From the NCBI GenBank assembly GCA_950097015.1, contig CATNEN010000034.1, positions 4,836,001 to 4,900,000 on the forward strand: DNA of 64,000 nucleotides, read 5' to 3'. Positions 24,232-37,449 of the stretch are shown piece by piece. Position 1 is the stretch's first letter; every line of letters starts with the position of its first letter. The stretch comes from Macrostomum hystrix. Its lineage: Eukaryota; Animalia; Platyhelminthes. The notes below the pieces were generated by a model. The model was not told the DNA's origin. It searched no databases and saw only the letters and a list, made by a program, of their open reading frames with translations. The position numbers and the translations under genes are program-made.

Positions 24232-27075
24232 AATTTAGCTTCTAACTTGAGGCTTTAAATTTTATGAGTAATCCTCAACCTTTTCTAACAAGGTTGGTGT
24301 CTTTCTAAAGATTTCTTTTTGTAGATTATTACTGTTTTTAAATAACTTTTCTAGCTTCAATACTTCGTGAAATAATCACGTTTTAATGCTTTTAATCCAC
24401 AATAAGAAACTAATTAGCACTGATCCTTATGGGAAAGTGGTTACGTCATCACTCTCACTTTTCATAATGGCAAGGATATTGAGCTTTGAGGATATTGAGT
24501 TTACTCACAGTAAACATCTACTCACAGTTTACTCACAGTAGCACACATAACTTATTTCTTTCAGTTTACACAATAATCTAAGACAACATTTAGGGTAATG
24601 TATCATCAACTGAACAGTGTATCTTTAAAACCGAACAAGAATTTTGACTCCTTCCTTGGTCTTGTGCAAGACAGAAACAAGCTATTGTATTTCACAGAAC
24701 AACTATTTTGAATGTCAATGAAATTATTTACAAGCTAAGGCATGACATGCAATGAAGCATTAAAAGGAAAGAAAGATATGGATGTTTCAGTAGAATTTTT
24801 TATCACAAAAGCATACTTTTTAACAGCATTTTTTCAGCATGTACATGTACTTTAGACTAAGATTGTATGTGGTTGCTTTCCAATTAATTACCATAAATGT
24901 AGTTATTTATAAAGCAAAAAATTATTTCAAATGACATAATTCATGATAGATCACTCCTTAAAATAAGATTAAACCACTCACTCAAATTTTAAAACCGAAC
25001 ATCAAATTCTCTGTTTGGTTTGAAGATACATGAAAATCATTGTTTGGTTTTAGATGAAAAACATGAATTCATAACTTTTTTCTATTTGACAAAATTGCAA
25101 AAGCAGGTACTATTTAGAAAGACAAAACAGTTTTCTATTACTTGGCATTTGTTTTATCATGATATCTTAAATAAAAAATCTGTAGCTTAGGTTTGAAGTT
25201 AAAAAATGCATATTCTTGTTCGGTTGATGATACATTACCCTAATACTAATTTCACACCATTTAAGGTGTGTTTACACAAACAATTTATGCATTATGTCGC
25301 ACAGTTTTCAATTATTCTTATTCATCACCTTAATTTTTTAAATTAATTCTCACAACTGAAAAGGTGACAGGTAATATTCTATTTGCTTTTGACCATCTGT
25401 TGTTTAATTTAACTGGCATGCAGGTGCTATCGAAGTTCCTAATTTATTCATATTGACTAATCTGCCTTCTCTAACCTATTTACTCCACTTACATAATTAC
25501 TTATTTTATTATCTTCAGGCCACAGTATATTTAAAATATACACTATAGTTTCAAAACACAGGAAGTGCAAAAATATTGGAATATTAGGCCTACATAATTT
25601 TTTGCAGCAGGTACAATTACTTTGCTTTGTTTTGTTAAAATGTTCAGCTATGGAATAAAACTGCATAAGTATAATTTATGTAATCAGAACTATAATAATT
25701 AAACTGAAAACCATAATAACAAAATGGCTGCTTTCATAAGTTTAGGCCTATGTAACTGTACTTATGGCAGAACACTAGCCAACCACATAAAAATACCATA
25801 AAAATAATATACATAAAAATACCAAGAAAAACTAATTGATGTTTAGGCCTATATTAGGCCTAATGTTCATAGTTTTACTAACTAAATATATTCAGGCCAA
25901 CAGTATAGTAAATACTTTTATTTACTTGACAGGTTTATGCGGTCTTAACTTAAATTTAAACAGTTTTAATTAAACGTGCAAAACTAGAAGATTGCCTTTT
26001 AGCTAAATAGTAAAATTGTATTCATTATCACAAAGAATGCACATGACCAATCTCACATCAGATTCAATGAAATCTTACTGGTTCAGCCATGTTGTTTTGT
26101 ACTCGCTTGCTTGCTTATATTTAAATTAATAACAGCAGCAGTTCAGTTGCTTATGCTAAAACGTCTTTGCTAGGCCAAGGCAAAAGTAAATCTCTATCTA
26201 AATCAAAAAAGTCTTTCGATTGAATTTGAAGTCAAATATTGCAATTTACTTTTTGGTAAGCAACTTTTGTCTTTATAATATTTGTGATATTTGTAACAAT
26301 AGTAAATTTTTAATCGATTCCAGACGTCGAAAAAGTAGAATAAGCGAATGGCCACGAGCTTTTTATAATTAGACGGAAAATTCCTATAATTAGACAGTTT
26401 AAAAATTATCATCATGAAAATGTTAAATTTTTATGGAATAGTTTTCTGTCTTGGAGTGTATCATTTTTTAATGCATGTTACGTAGCTTAAAAAATGATGC
26501 TTCATAAATTAATTTTTGTTTAACATTTTTTCCGTGGCAAATAATATATACACTAGCGTCGACTCAGTTGTAAGTGTATTCGTACAGTTCGTCGAATAGC
26601 ATTCTCTCTAGAGAACTAGGGCCTATTCAGTAGAATTGTTTCGAGAATTTAAATAGGCCTAATCATTCAACTATACAATAATTTGTTATATCCTTTTTTA
26701 CAATATCTTAACTTCGTTATTAATACTATTAACACAGTAGGCCCATTGATAGCTGACCAGCTTTGCCAAGGCAATAGTTAACTATTTTTCTAACTTTCTT
26801 ATTGTGTAGATTGTAGACTACTAAATTACCTGTTAGGTCTCTATGTTAGGGGACCTTAGTGTGATAAATTAATTAATTTTCAGTAAATTGGCTTCTATTT
26901 GTATATTTTGCCTTTTTGCTAGACTCTGCAAATACAAAACTGAATGGCAACCATGCCTATGCCCTAACTTGAATATAAAAACTATTGTGCTCTAATAGAG
27001 TATAAATGTGCTGTAAATGTCTTCAATAAATATATTAAATAACTAAGTTTTTTTTCTGTTTTTGTGTATTAGACT

Positions 27076-28040
27076 CATACATGCGCAACACCCGGCTGAA
27101 CCGGCCAGGTGAAACGAGGGCCAAGCAAGGTAAGTCGCAAAAACCAATCAACCAAGCGCAAAAAAATCAAAGGGAGACCAAAGGACAAAAAAGGAAGGCT
27201 TGAAGAAAGGAAGTGCTTATTCCCACGGTCCCGTTCCGATAATTTCAATTTTATCCACACGGATCCGTGCCGATAATTTTCTGCTTATCCACACGGCAGC
27301 TTGTATGAATAGGTCTACTTTCAAGTCCCTATGTACCTATTCTAATTCTTCTCTGAGCATAAGGCTTTTGCTTCAGAGTATAGTGTATAGTGTACACTAT
27401 CAATGAATAGTGTAAAATAATAACAATGATGTGTAGGGCCTAATGTGTGACGAGTTTGGTGCTGACTAGAATTCTGCTGGTTGACTCGTATGATTTTCTT
27501 TGATAGACTTTTTACTCTTTAAGTCAATACAATTCGAATGAAAACACGTAACGATGACAAAAGATTTAGTAAGTTGCTATTAAAATAATTAAAAAAGATG
27601 ACATTAATGTCAGTTAATTAATGTGTAGGTCGAAATGTAGAACACTGTCGTAACACACTGGCAACTTTGTCGATCTATTGGCTCGAGGGTTCAACAAAAC
27701 GTTCAAATCTGAAAGGGCCTCGTTTCAAAGAACAGAACCGTGTGGATAAAATTGAAATTAACGGCACGGCATATATAAAGAGTTGTAGACCTATTTATAC
27801 AAGCTGCCGTGTGGATAAGCAGAAAATTATCGGCACGGATCCGTGTGGATAAAATTGAAATTATCGGCACGGGACCGTGGGAATAAGCTCTGCCTTGAAG
27901 AAAAGGAAAAAGGGGGAGAAAAAGAGAGCAAATGAGAGCAAACTAAGTCATAAATAGAGCAATGAAACAAACCAAGTCGCAAATGAGAGCAAAAACTAAG
28001 TCGCACGGCTGGCTAAGATTTGGGAGGTTGCGCATGTATG
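27076..28040. mobile_element. MITE copy A (TIR CATACATGCGCAAC) containing a nested insertion
   Basis: 14-bp TIRs; flanks ATTAGACT / ATTAAACT (8-bp TSD with 1 mismatch); hAT- or P-like ends. Confidence 0.85.
27213..27890. mobile_element. Non-autonomous TIR element (about 105-bp TIRs) nested in MITE A
   Basis: 27213-27318 is the near-perfect reverse complement of 27785-27890; imperfect flanking direct repeat CTTGAAGAAA(A)GGAA. Confidence 0.8.
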
Positions 28041-28380
28041 ATTAAACTGGTATATCTAAACAGTTAGGCCTAGCAATTAGTAATCAACTTTTTTGCAGAA
28101 TGTTGAAAAAAACCAAGGCTGCTAAATTCAAACAGTTTCTAGCTTCAATAGACTGCAAATATGCACTTTATTTGCAGCCTCTACTTTTCTATTTATAGGT
28201 GAGTGAAAATGTGAATGTTTATATAGTCTGAATCTGTAAATACTGTAATAGGGCTTTTGTCTAAAAATATGGTTGCTAGGCATTTTGGTGCCTGTGCTTT
28301 CTGGTACCAAGCTTTTCTATACCTGATCTTGCTTTTTTGAACTTTTTTGTTCCTACCTATATATGATGCATAAGACATTG

Positions 28381-28667
28381 CATACATGCGCAACACCCGG
28401 CCGACCCGGCCGAACCGGCCGGGTGAAAGTGAAACGAGGGCCAAGCAAGGTAAGTTGCAAAAACCAATCAACCAAGCGCAAAAAAATCAAAGGGGGGACC
28501 AAGGGACAAAAAAGGAAGGCATGAAGAAAAGGAAAAAGGGGAGTGAAAAAGAGAGCAAATGAGAGCAAACTAAGTCGTAAATAGAGCAATGAAACGAACT
28601 AAGTCGCAAATGAGAGCAAAAACTAAGTCGCACGGCTGGCTAAGATTTGGGAGGTTGCGCATGTATG
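28381..28667. mobile_element. MITE, recombinant B/A copy
   Basis: Same TIRs; left flank AGACATTG (as copy B), right flank ATTAAACT (as copy A). Confidence 0.85.
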
Positions 28668-29007
28668 ATTAAACTGGTATATCTAAACAGTTAGGCCTAG
28701 CAATTAGTAATCAACTTTTTTGCAGAATGTTGAAAAAAACCAAGGCTGCTAAATTCAAACAGTTTCTAGCTTCAATAGACTGCAAATATGCACTTTATTT
28801 GCAGCCTCTACTTTTCTATTTATAGGTGAGTGAAAATGTGAATGTTTATATAGTCTGAATCTGTAAATACTGTAATAGGGCTTTTGTCTAAAAATATGGT
28901 TGCTAGGCATTTTGGTGCCTGTGCTTTCTGGTACCAAGCTTTTCTATACCTGATCTTGCTTTTTTGAACTTTTTTGTTCCTACCTATATATGATGCATAA
29001 GACATTG

Positions 29008-29294
29008 CATACATGCGCAACACCCGGCCGACCCGGCCGAACCGGCCGGGTGAAAGTGAAACGAGGGCCAAGCAAGGTAAGTTGCAAAAACCAATCAACC
29101 AAGCGCAAAAAAATCAAAGGGGGGACCAAGGGACAAAAAAGGAAGGCATGAAGAAAAGGAAAAAGGGGAGTGAAAAAGAGAGCAAATGAGAGCAAACTAA
29201 GTCGTAAATAGAGCAATGAAACGAACTAAGTCGCAAATGAGAGCAAAAACTAAGTCGCACGGCCGGTTAAGATTTGGGAGGTTGCGCATGTATG
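29008..29294. mobile_element. MITE copy B, 287 bp
   Basis: Perfect 14-bp TIRs; perfect 8-bp TSD AGACATTG (29000-29007, 29295-29302). Confidence 0.92.
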
Positions 29295-29493
29295 AGACAT
29301 TGTATGACATTGCCAAGCATTATTAGCAGTGTGTCTGACCTGTTTTGTTATATTCAATGCATTAAACCCTTTTTAGTTGCAAATGCTTATTATAGCTTGC
29401 AACTGTTGTAATTCCAATTGAGATGCTATTTTTTATAGTAGCAAGCTTTGAATTGTGTTACTTGTATATACATGCTTGTACATGTATATGAAA

Positions 29494-29775
29494 CAAATGC
29501 GCAACACCCGGCTGACCTGGCTGAACTGGCTGGGTGAAACAAGGGCCAAGCAAGGTAAGTCGCAAAAATGAATCAACCAAGCGCAAAAAATCATTGGGGG
29601 GACCAAGGGACAAAAAACAAAAAAGGGAAGAGAAAAAGAGAGCAAATGAGAGCAAACTAAGTTTTAAATAGAGCAATGAAACAAACTAAGTCGCAAATGA
29701 GAGCAAACTAAGTCGTAAATAGGGCAAAAACTAAGTCACATGGCCGGCTAAGATTTGGGAGGTTGCACATGTATG
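29494..29775. mobile_element. MITE copy D (diverged)
   Basis: Degenerate TIRs; perfect 8-bp TSD ATATGAAA (29486-29493, 29776-29783). Confidence 0.88.
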
Positions 29776-30638
29776 ATATGAAATGTAGCATATTTCTCAA
29801 TCAAAACATGAGGCTCACAAGCCATACAAAAACATATGACCAGGCACATCACACCAGACAGGATTTAATTTTTTAATGGGACAAAATATTAATTTATAAG
29901 TGTATTTAAACATGCAAACACAATTTTAATCTACCTAATGACTGATTGCCTCAATAACATAGATGAGCATTTATGTGGTCTATTCAGACTAGAAGTCTAC
30001 AGATAGCAACAAGAGCTGCAATGTGACAACTGCAACCATATCTGCCTAATAGATAAATAGAAAGCATGTTATTCTTCTTAAAATGCTATTGGTTTCATTG
30101 CACTGTGAATGGGTTCAAGGCTTGCAAGACAATCTTGTAGCCACATGTCTCTTATTGTGTTTGTCCACAATAAGAAAGGGTATCTGTGTACCCTTTCTAA
30201 ATGCCATGTCACACATTTACAAGTCACTTATCGTAATGAAGTTTTTGTCTAGGTTGTCCAAACCAACAGACCTAAAACAGACATAAAACAAGATATTTTT
30301 TAGAAAAAAAGTTAATTCCAAGATCTTATGATCCTATTTCATTGACTGAAATTCCTGCATGTACATGTACCTATAGGTGCAGCACAGATTTCAATTTATC
30401 ATTACCGGCACCTGAAGGAATTAGAAACTTTTGAATGGCTGTCTATATTGTACAATAGATACCACTGAGGCTGTTCTCAATGAAACCACTGATGCTATAT
30501 GCTGATCTATTGTTTTACAATGTCTTATATGTCATGTATTTGTGAAAACCAAAATGCATCAAAAAGGTACCAAAAAGCAAGACCAGATAATATAATCTGC
30601 TAAATTATTAGTGTAGCTTTGCTCTTGTTATTTTTCAG

Positions 30639-30806
30639 GATTGCATTGCTGTGCGTTTACAGCCTGGTGAGCAGCTGCGCGAGTCGATCATGCGACTAGT
30701 GAAGGAGCGTGGCCTTAGCTCTGCCTTCGTTATTAGCTGCGTTGGTAGCCTGACTCAGGCAAGACTGCGCTATGCCACCCCCTTGGATGGTTCTGGAACA
30801 AATCCG
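30639..30806 (+). CDS. PPC/DUF296 domain protein, internal exon
   Basis: ttttcag acceptor; DCIAVRLQPGEQLRESI...SAFVISCVGSLTQARLRYA; gtaaac donor, phase 0. The first exon was not identified. Confidence 0.85.
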
Positions 30807-31351
30807 GTAAACACTTTTAAAATAAAACCTACAGCAAATTTAGCAACAAAATATTTTTTCTTTGCCTTTTTTAATCGTCTCTATTGCCATTTTGCTCTAG
30901 AAATAATTGCAATTAAGCATTTTTGCATATTTCGACATTCTACCCTACATTCTACATTAGGATTTTAGGATTCTAGGATCTAGGATTCTACATTAGGATC
31001 GAAAAGCAATCCTAAAGTTGTTTGATTTGTCAAGCGAGAACCACATGCCTTAATAAAGTTACCGTGTAAGGGTGAACTTCGGAATAAGAAAGCGCCAATT
31101 CTTTAATCAAAGGCCCAGGGTTCGACCCCGCAGCAAGACCAATTTCCAGCCGCAGAAGTGAGCCTTTTGGGAACAAACATAAAATTTTACTAAAAAACGG
31201 CTATGGGTTGACTTTTGCTAAATGATGCTTCAGATCAGTTCTCATGAAGCCCATGAGAGTATTATTTAAATCAAACTGCTGCGCTCCGAATTTGTGATTT
31301 GGATGCTTGGTAATTTCACTGAACAACCTTGTTGCCTTGCGGGTTTATATA

Positions 31352-32347
31352 CTGTCTAACAAAAGTTCTTGTACGGTTGCTTCTGTTGCTTCTAGTATCC
31401 ATAATTTCCATCCGATTCAAATGAAAATTAGTGCAAATGAAAGCTGGGAATCTCTGCAACATTTTCTGTTTCACCGTATTTATTTATTCTGGAGTGGCTC
31501 GGAACAGCTTGCCGTTTAGCACAGACAGGTCGAATAAAAAAGTGACAGAATGACATAGAGCAAGCAGTCTATGGCCAACTTTCTTCACTCGCTGACTCCA
31601 CAGAGTGTCTAGGAAGCCTTCTGTCGATCGATCGCTCTGATGTCGTGACGTGCAGCGTTTCGTGCAGCTCTCGCTGTAGCTCTGGCATGGTCACAAATGG
31701 CTGATCGATCGCCACGGCAGCAACAAACTGATCGCACTCTGCGTCCATTGCACATGGACGGCCTGACCTTTGGTCATTGGTGACAGAATTCGTTACCTCA
31801 AATTTGGTCGCATAGTGCTGAACAGTAGATTTTGGCACGACGAGATGGTTTGCAATCCTGCCAAGTGACCAGCCTGCGTCCTCTCGAAGCGAAACGATTC
31901 TCCAACGAATTTCTTGGCTCACAACAGGCATGTCTCTCAGAAGTTAGTTAAGTCAAGCAAGTTAAGTCATGGAACTTTGCGAGGAAGCACAGGGTTATAC
32001 AGTGTGCGACAGTTTAGGCCATAGACATGTCGCCTGGGATGAAGAAGTAAAGCAAATCCCACACACAGAGCAATCGATCGACAGAAGGCTTCCTAGACAC
32101 TCTGTGGAGTTTGTCAGCGCGTGAAGAAAGTTGGCCATAGACTGCTTGCTCTATGTCATTCTGTCACTTTTTTATTCGACCTGTCTGTGCTAAACGGCAA
32201 GCTGTTCCGAGCCACTCCAGAATAAAAAAATACGGTGAAACAGAAAATGTTGCAGAGATTCCCAGCTTTCATTTGCACTAATTTTCATTTGAAACGGATG
32301 GAAATTATGGATACTAGAAGCAACAGAAGCACAAGACTGTTAGACAG
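31352..32347 (-). mobile_element. Tc1/mariner-like non-autonomous element in the PPC intron
   Basis: About 285-bp TIRs (CTGTCTAAC...GTTAGACAG) flanked by TA; truncated transposase N-terminus 31569-31931 with HTH, RSGRP and SIDRRL, no DDE domain. Confidence 0.88.
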
Positions 32348-32473
32348 TATAGATTTTCGAATTGTCGAAAGGAATTAGCTGTTTTTTAAGTAAAGTTCGA
32401 ACATTTTTAGCACCAGATTTTTTGTTAGGAAATATACATCGCTCAGCTACACTACCTGGTATTTTCAATTTAG

Positions 32474-32728
32474 TCCGAGTTGCTGCAGCGCCACATGGAG
32501 ATAGTGTCCCTCGTTGGCACCATTAGTCGTGGTGGAGACTCCTGTCATTTGCACATTTGTCTTTCCGATGAGCACGGTCGTACTATTGGCGGTCATCTGC
32601 TTGGCGAAGATGTTGTCTATACAACTGCGGAGATCGTGTTGGGTAGTCACAGTGGTCTTGTCTTTACCAGGGAGTCAGATCCGGCTACAGGATTTCCTGA
32701 ACTAATTGTTACCCAAACTAATTTGTGA
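32474..32728 (+). CDS. PPC/DUF296 domain protein, last exon
   Basis: ttag acceptor, phase 0; MEIVSLVGTI...HLHICLSDEHGRTIGGHL...YTTAEIV...D..TGFPEL, which are canonical PPC motifs. Confidence 0.9.
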   Translation, partial: SELLQRHMEIVSLVGTISRGGDSCHLHICLSDEHGRTIGGHLLGEDVVYTTAEIVLGSHSGLVFTRESDPATGFPELIVTQTNL

Positions 32729-35630
32729 CCGCTGACTGGTGTTTTTAAAGGTTGCATATTTTGTTCCGTTTTTTGATATATTGACTTTCTTGGCGCTATT
32801 GAGTTTGAAAGTTTACTTATTTTATATATTTTTGTTTTAATGCTCGATTTTTTATCTGTGCAATAAATAGTTTTTAGAAGCTACGGACAAAAATCCACTG
32901 TCAGAAGCGCTTGATTTTTTGGAAATTCAGAAACAAAGAATAACAGCACTGTGTTTTATGTATCTGTTGAATTTTCTATTTAGTTGTACTCTCTGTTGTG
33001 CTGAGGCAGCGTGACCAATTTAAGATCAGAGCAATAGTGATTTGAAAGGTTGAAAAACGCGAGGCTTGAAGAAGCGTGCGCGCACTAATATATATTTAGA
33101 CCATCACGTCAACAAATAACAGCAAAACCTCCCAGCCAATCAGAACGCGCCACGCGCGCTTACACTCAAGGCGGCATGCAAGCCGCATACACAACACTCC
33201 ACTTGTGAATGGATTCTAGACACAATTGTTTCATCATTAAATCTATTAACATATATAAGCGCTAAATAATTGAAAATCCTACCGGTGGTATATGCATTCA
33301 CAGCCTTCGCCTGTGAACAACAATTATTACCAGTTGATGTTTAATTACAAATCGAAGGCCTAACTTTAAATCCAAAGAAATAAATCCAAAACTTGGTGCC
33401 TAAGCAGATATTTTAGCAGATATTTTCGCTATGCCGATTTTTAATTATGGCTGCAAATGATTAAAATTATCACTAGCTACCTTGAGATTATGATGCAATG
33501 AGATAACAGATTGTCGCAATGACAATACTATAAAGTTAGGCCTACTGTGTAATTACGACAAAGCTGCAATCAGACAAGTGCATTAAGATTTGATGCGCAA
33601 TAACATGAAATCATAGTATACTGAAATTAGAAAAAAATTACCTGCTTTAGCTCTGAGGAAATCGTCTGGCTTCTGAGGTAAGTCTGGATTGGTTAGGTTT
33701 CCAACAAGTGGGATTTTAACTAAGGTGTATAACTACTGGGTTGCTTTTATAGTTAGGATTGAAAAAATGTAGCGAAGTTAGGAAACAGTGAGGAATTTAT
33801 AACAGCAGTTGCTGCCCTCGGAGGGGTTAAAACTTAATAGTAATAGTTATCTATATACGAGTTAGTTATCTAACTCGTAGTTATCTATAATAATAGTTAT
33901 CTATAATAATACTGATGTACTTAAATCCGGCGCCGTTCCATGGACTAGAATACTATAGAGTATAGAATTCTAGATGTCTTTAAACATTTAATTTATTTTA
34001 TCAAAGTTATAAATTTTATCCATGAATCCTTATGCAAGCAAACTATTTTAAATAAATTAACACAAGCTATTTACTCTGCAATTCGACGTTTTCTCTTCAC
34101 AGTAGCATATTAAGGGGTAAAACAGCAGCAACAACAAAAAACGCAGCCCGATAGGAAAAGTTTTAGGGGTGCATCAAGGAATGATCCCCTCCTCTCCACT
34201 ACCCAAACGATTATCATCCCACACATTTTTACACATTTCAATCACATGAATGATGCTGTTACACTTTTGAATTCGAATGAATTCTTTGTTGTTAAAACGA
34301 ATTCCCCCGAAGGACTGGGGCGCGGATCAGTTTCGAGAAACTCTACCGCTGAATTTTAAAATATATTTGACCGAGTTAATTAAAAATTTACAAGCGATTC
34401 GATCTGGATAATTTACGAAAATTGAAAATAGAACAATAAAACAATAAAACAATAATTCAATATTTGGCAATATTTAGGCATGCATTGGGAGATAAAAAGG
34501 GAGAATATACAGGGGGAATCCCGCACAAAGAGGGGATCTAATAAAAAAGGGAAATCTAAAAGGCATGCATGCAGGAATATTTGTGAGCGCAATTAAAAGC
34601 TATTTGAATACTTGTTAAAGAAATATAGAAAATTAAAGTAGTAAATTGAAACATAAAATGCGAATTTAAAAACATTTCTAGGCAATCGAATGAATTCTTT
34701 AAGAGCGTGAAAAATATCGTTCCTAGGGAACGGTTTGCTTTTTTAAATAAAAACAAATTAAATGTACAATGTACAATTGTACTTACAATAGTTAAGTTTA
34801 ATACCCCTTAAAATTAGTTTTTTTAAGCACACTGACTTGGAAACTAAATATATACAGAGCAATGTAATCCACTCATTCAAAATTCTTGCCATCCTTGTTT
34901 CGTCATGTTGATTGTGTATGTGTTTACATATACCTCATCGTTAGTACCCGTGAAGAATATTTGAGTAATAACTATTAAGAGTATTGTCACCTAACACCAA
35001 GTCTATTTTTGCGCATTATTATTACCACGTTTGACCTCGCCAGAAAATCTGATTCGATTTCTACTCATTATCACATTCTGAAAAATGGATGATGTGGTAT
35101 GTAAAAATACAAAATGTCTTTCTTTTTTTTACAATCTGAATCAATAGTTTTTTAGCAACTCTAATGCATAGCATAAAAATAGAATGATATCGATAGCATA
35201 GACACTATAAATAAAATTATAGAGTAATAAATAGAATAGAAGAATTATAGAATAAAAAAATGTTTATTAAAATATTAAAATGTTTATAACTTAACATTTT
35301 AATTAGAACTACTATCACTTAGCATTTTGGCACCTCTAGCTATTTCTCTGATTGCGAGCAGTGTGACCAGTACTTTTTAGCTATCAATCCTCTAGTTTTG
35401 CATGTTTATTTTAAAAAATAAATAATGGCTATAATGGCTTTCTTAGATTGCTGCAAGTAAATAAACAATATTATATGAGTTTTTAAATGATGTGGCAGTG
35501 CATGGCTAAGGCTATGGCCAAAACCATAGGGTTTGGATTAGAGTTTACTAATCTTAGCACTCTTACTTCACTCTCTCTACCTTGTATCTATTTCTAAAAA
35601 AACTTATGGCCATTCCATGTAACTAGGACA

Positions 35631-36835
35631 GGCTATCCTGCATTTTTGTTCGTTAAATTATTTTTTCATATGGAATTAATTTTACATGATCTCACGAGTT
35701 CAGCACAGGCAATAAAAAATATTATGGGACATACAGAACACCCGAAAAGTTTAAGAAAGTTTGTTATAGTCAAGTCAGTTTAAACGTTAGTCTCCAGATT
35801 ACAGTGGGTAGTAATGGCTCATCCAGTACAGAAAGTTGCCAAAATGATGCTCATTTGGGTAGAGCCGGCGCCACAGGAACTCCTGCAGGTGCGACTCGAA
35901 GAGCCCATCGCTGGTACCGTGCCCCTGACGTAGCTTGGCCTTGCAGTGTGCCCAGCTGCCCTCGATTATGTTGGTGTGCACTGTTGGGTCCTGTGGGTCC
36001 ACGAAATTGAGTTGATGGTTGACACTCGCATGGTTGAAGCCCATGGCAGCAAGGCCGTTGTGAGACTGCCATCCGTCAGTGATGACTGGGGAACCGGGCA
36101 GGATGTACTGCTGCAGAATAGGCAGCAGTGTTTCGGCACGTCAATTCTCAACCACCACCATCATGCATTTGTTACTGCCACGCTCTACCATTCCAAGCAC
36201 CCAGTGGCCCTCATGATAGTTGCCGACATGGTACTTGCGGTGGAAGAATTTGCTCTCGTCCACCTCCACTTCAATGTTCGGGCCACCAAGCTGCATTGGG
36301 TGGTCAATGAGTACCTGGGCACACACATCGCGGCAGAAGTTGGCCCAGTCAACACTGGTATGCGGCTGCTGGATGTCACTCTGCAGCATGATGTCCTTCA
36401 GTGGTGTCTTCAGTGCCCACCAGTACACAAAGTCCACCAGTTGGTTAAGCGCTAGGTGGCTTCTCTCGAAAAAGGAGCCCTTCCTTATGGACTCCTGGCC
36501 GTGACACTCCTTGCAAGCCCAAGCCCAGCCATCCACATACTGGTCACCCTGACGATGCTGAAGGCGCATTTGAGGTGCAGCAGGGCAATGGCACCGACGC
36601 TCGTTTGACAGCAACCGGTATTTGGCCAGCCAGCGCATCAGAGACAGTGTGTCAGTGGTCAAAAGAGCCAAGTCCCGCATCCTTATGAGCGGCAGGTCGC
36701 TTAGTTCCGTAGTAGGTCTTATCTCAGCTGGTGGGATGATAGTAGTGGGAGCAGCTGGACGACCCGCCATGTGGATGTGCAGTGTGGCTGAAAAAAATGA
36801 AAAAATAATTTAACGAACGAAAATGCAGGATAGCC
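35631..36835 (-). mobile_element. Merlin (IS1016/IS1595-like) DNA transposon, 1205 bp
   Basis: 39-bp TIRs GGCTATCCTGCATTTT..., perfect 8-bp TSD CTAGGACA (35623-35630, 36836-36843). Confidence 0.93.
35799..36770 (-). pseudogene. Merlin transposase, about 323 codons with one in-frame TGA (36141-36143)
   Basis: Zn-ribbon-like N-terminus; VEVDESKF; VITDGW; VHTNIIEGSW; the two ORF-track pieces are in the same frame. Confidence 0.9.
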
Positions 36836-37219
36836 CTAGGACAATGAAGCAAAAAAATAGAATTCACTAATTCAGCAATTTATTGTAATTTTCTTCATTA
36901 AATTCCTTAATGGATAAAAAAACTGACTGATCAATATAGAGATAGAAAAAATGTGTTTTTGTCTGCAATTTATTACTATCTTATATAGACACTCATTGTT
37001 TTGTTATGATACTTGACTTAATTAATTTGACTACTTTTATTTATCGGTGTAAATAAAATTGACACACGTGTGAATTTTCTCTGCACAGAGTTTACCACGC
37101 TAAAAACTGCATTGTAATGTGTGAACAAAACAATGCAGTTTTCAAAGTGGTTTTTAATGAGGGAAATGCCGTATTGAACCAATTCATTTAATTCATTTAA
37201 TATATCACATGTCAAATAC

Positions 37220-37410
37220 TCAATGCAGTATTTATATATTACTTTTGATGTGGTATTTTTAATATACAACTTTTAATGCAGTTTTTGATGCGGTTTTCAA
37301 TGCAGTATTTATATATGATTTTCAATGTGGTTTTAAATGAGGTATTTATAAAAGACTTTTGATGTGGTTTTCAATGTGGTATTTATATACACCTTTTGAT
37401 GCAGTATTTA
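37220..37410. repeat. Degenerate about 22-24-bp AT-rich array (TTTCAATGCGGTATTTATATA-like)
   Basis: Inverted relative to the related array at 51276-51485. Confidence 0.7.
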
Positions 37411-37449
37411 TAATTTGTCAGCTGTCATGAAATATGATTAAGTCAAAAG

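Larger units (their letters stand above)
28041..29294. repeat. 627-bp tandem duplication (28041-28667 / 28668-29294)
   Basis: Identical ORF-track translations at an offset of 627. Confidence 0.95.

Noticed and set aside
27251-27852. Five perfect DnaA-box 9-mers suggesting a bacterial oriC
   Set aside because: They lie symmetrically within the TIRs of a nested element in intron-containing DNA; treated as a coincidental match.
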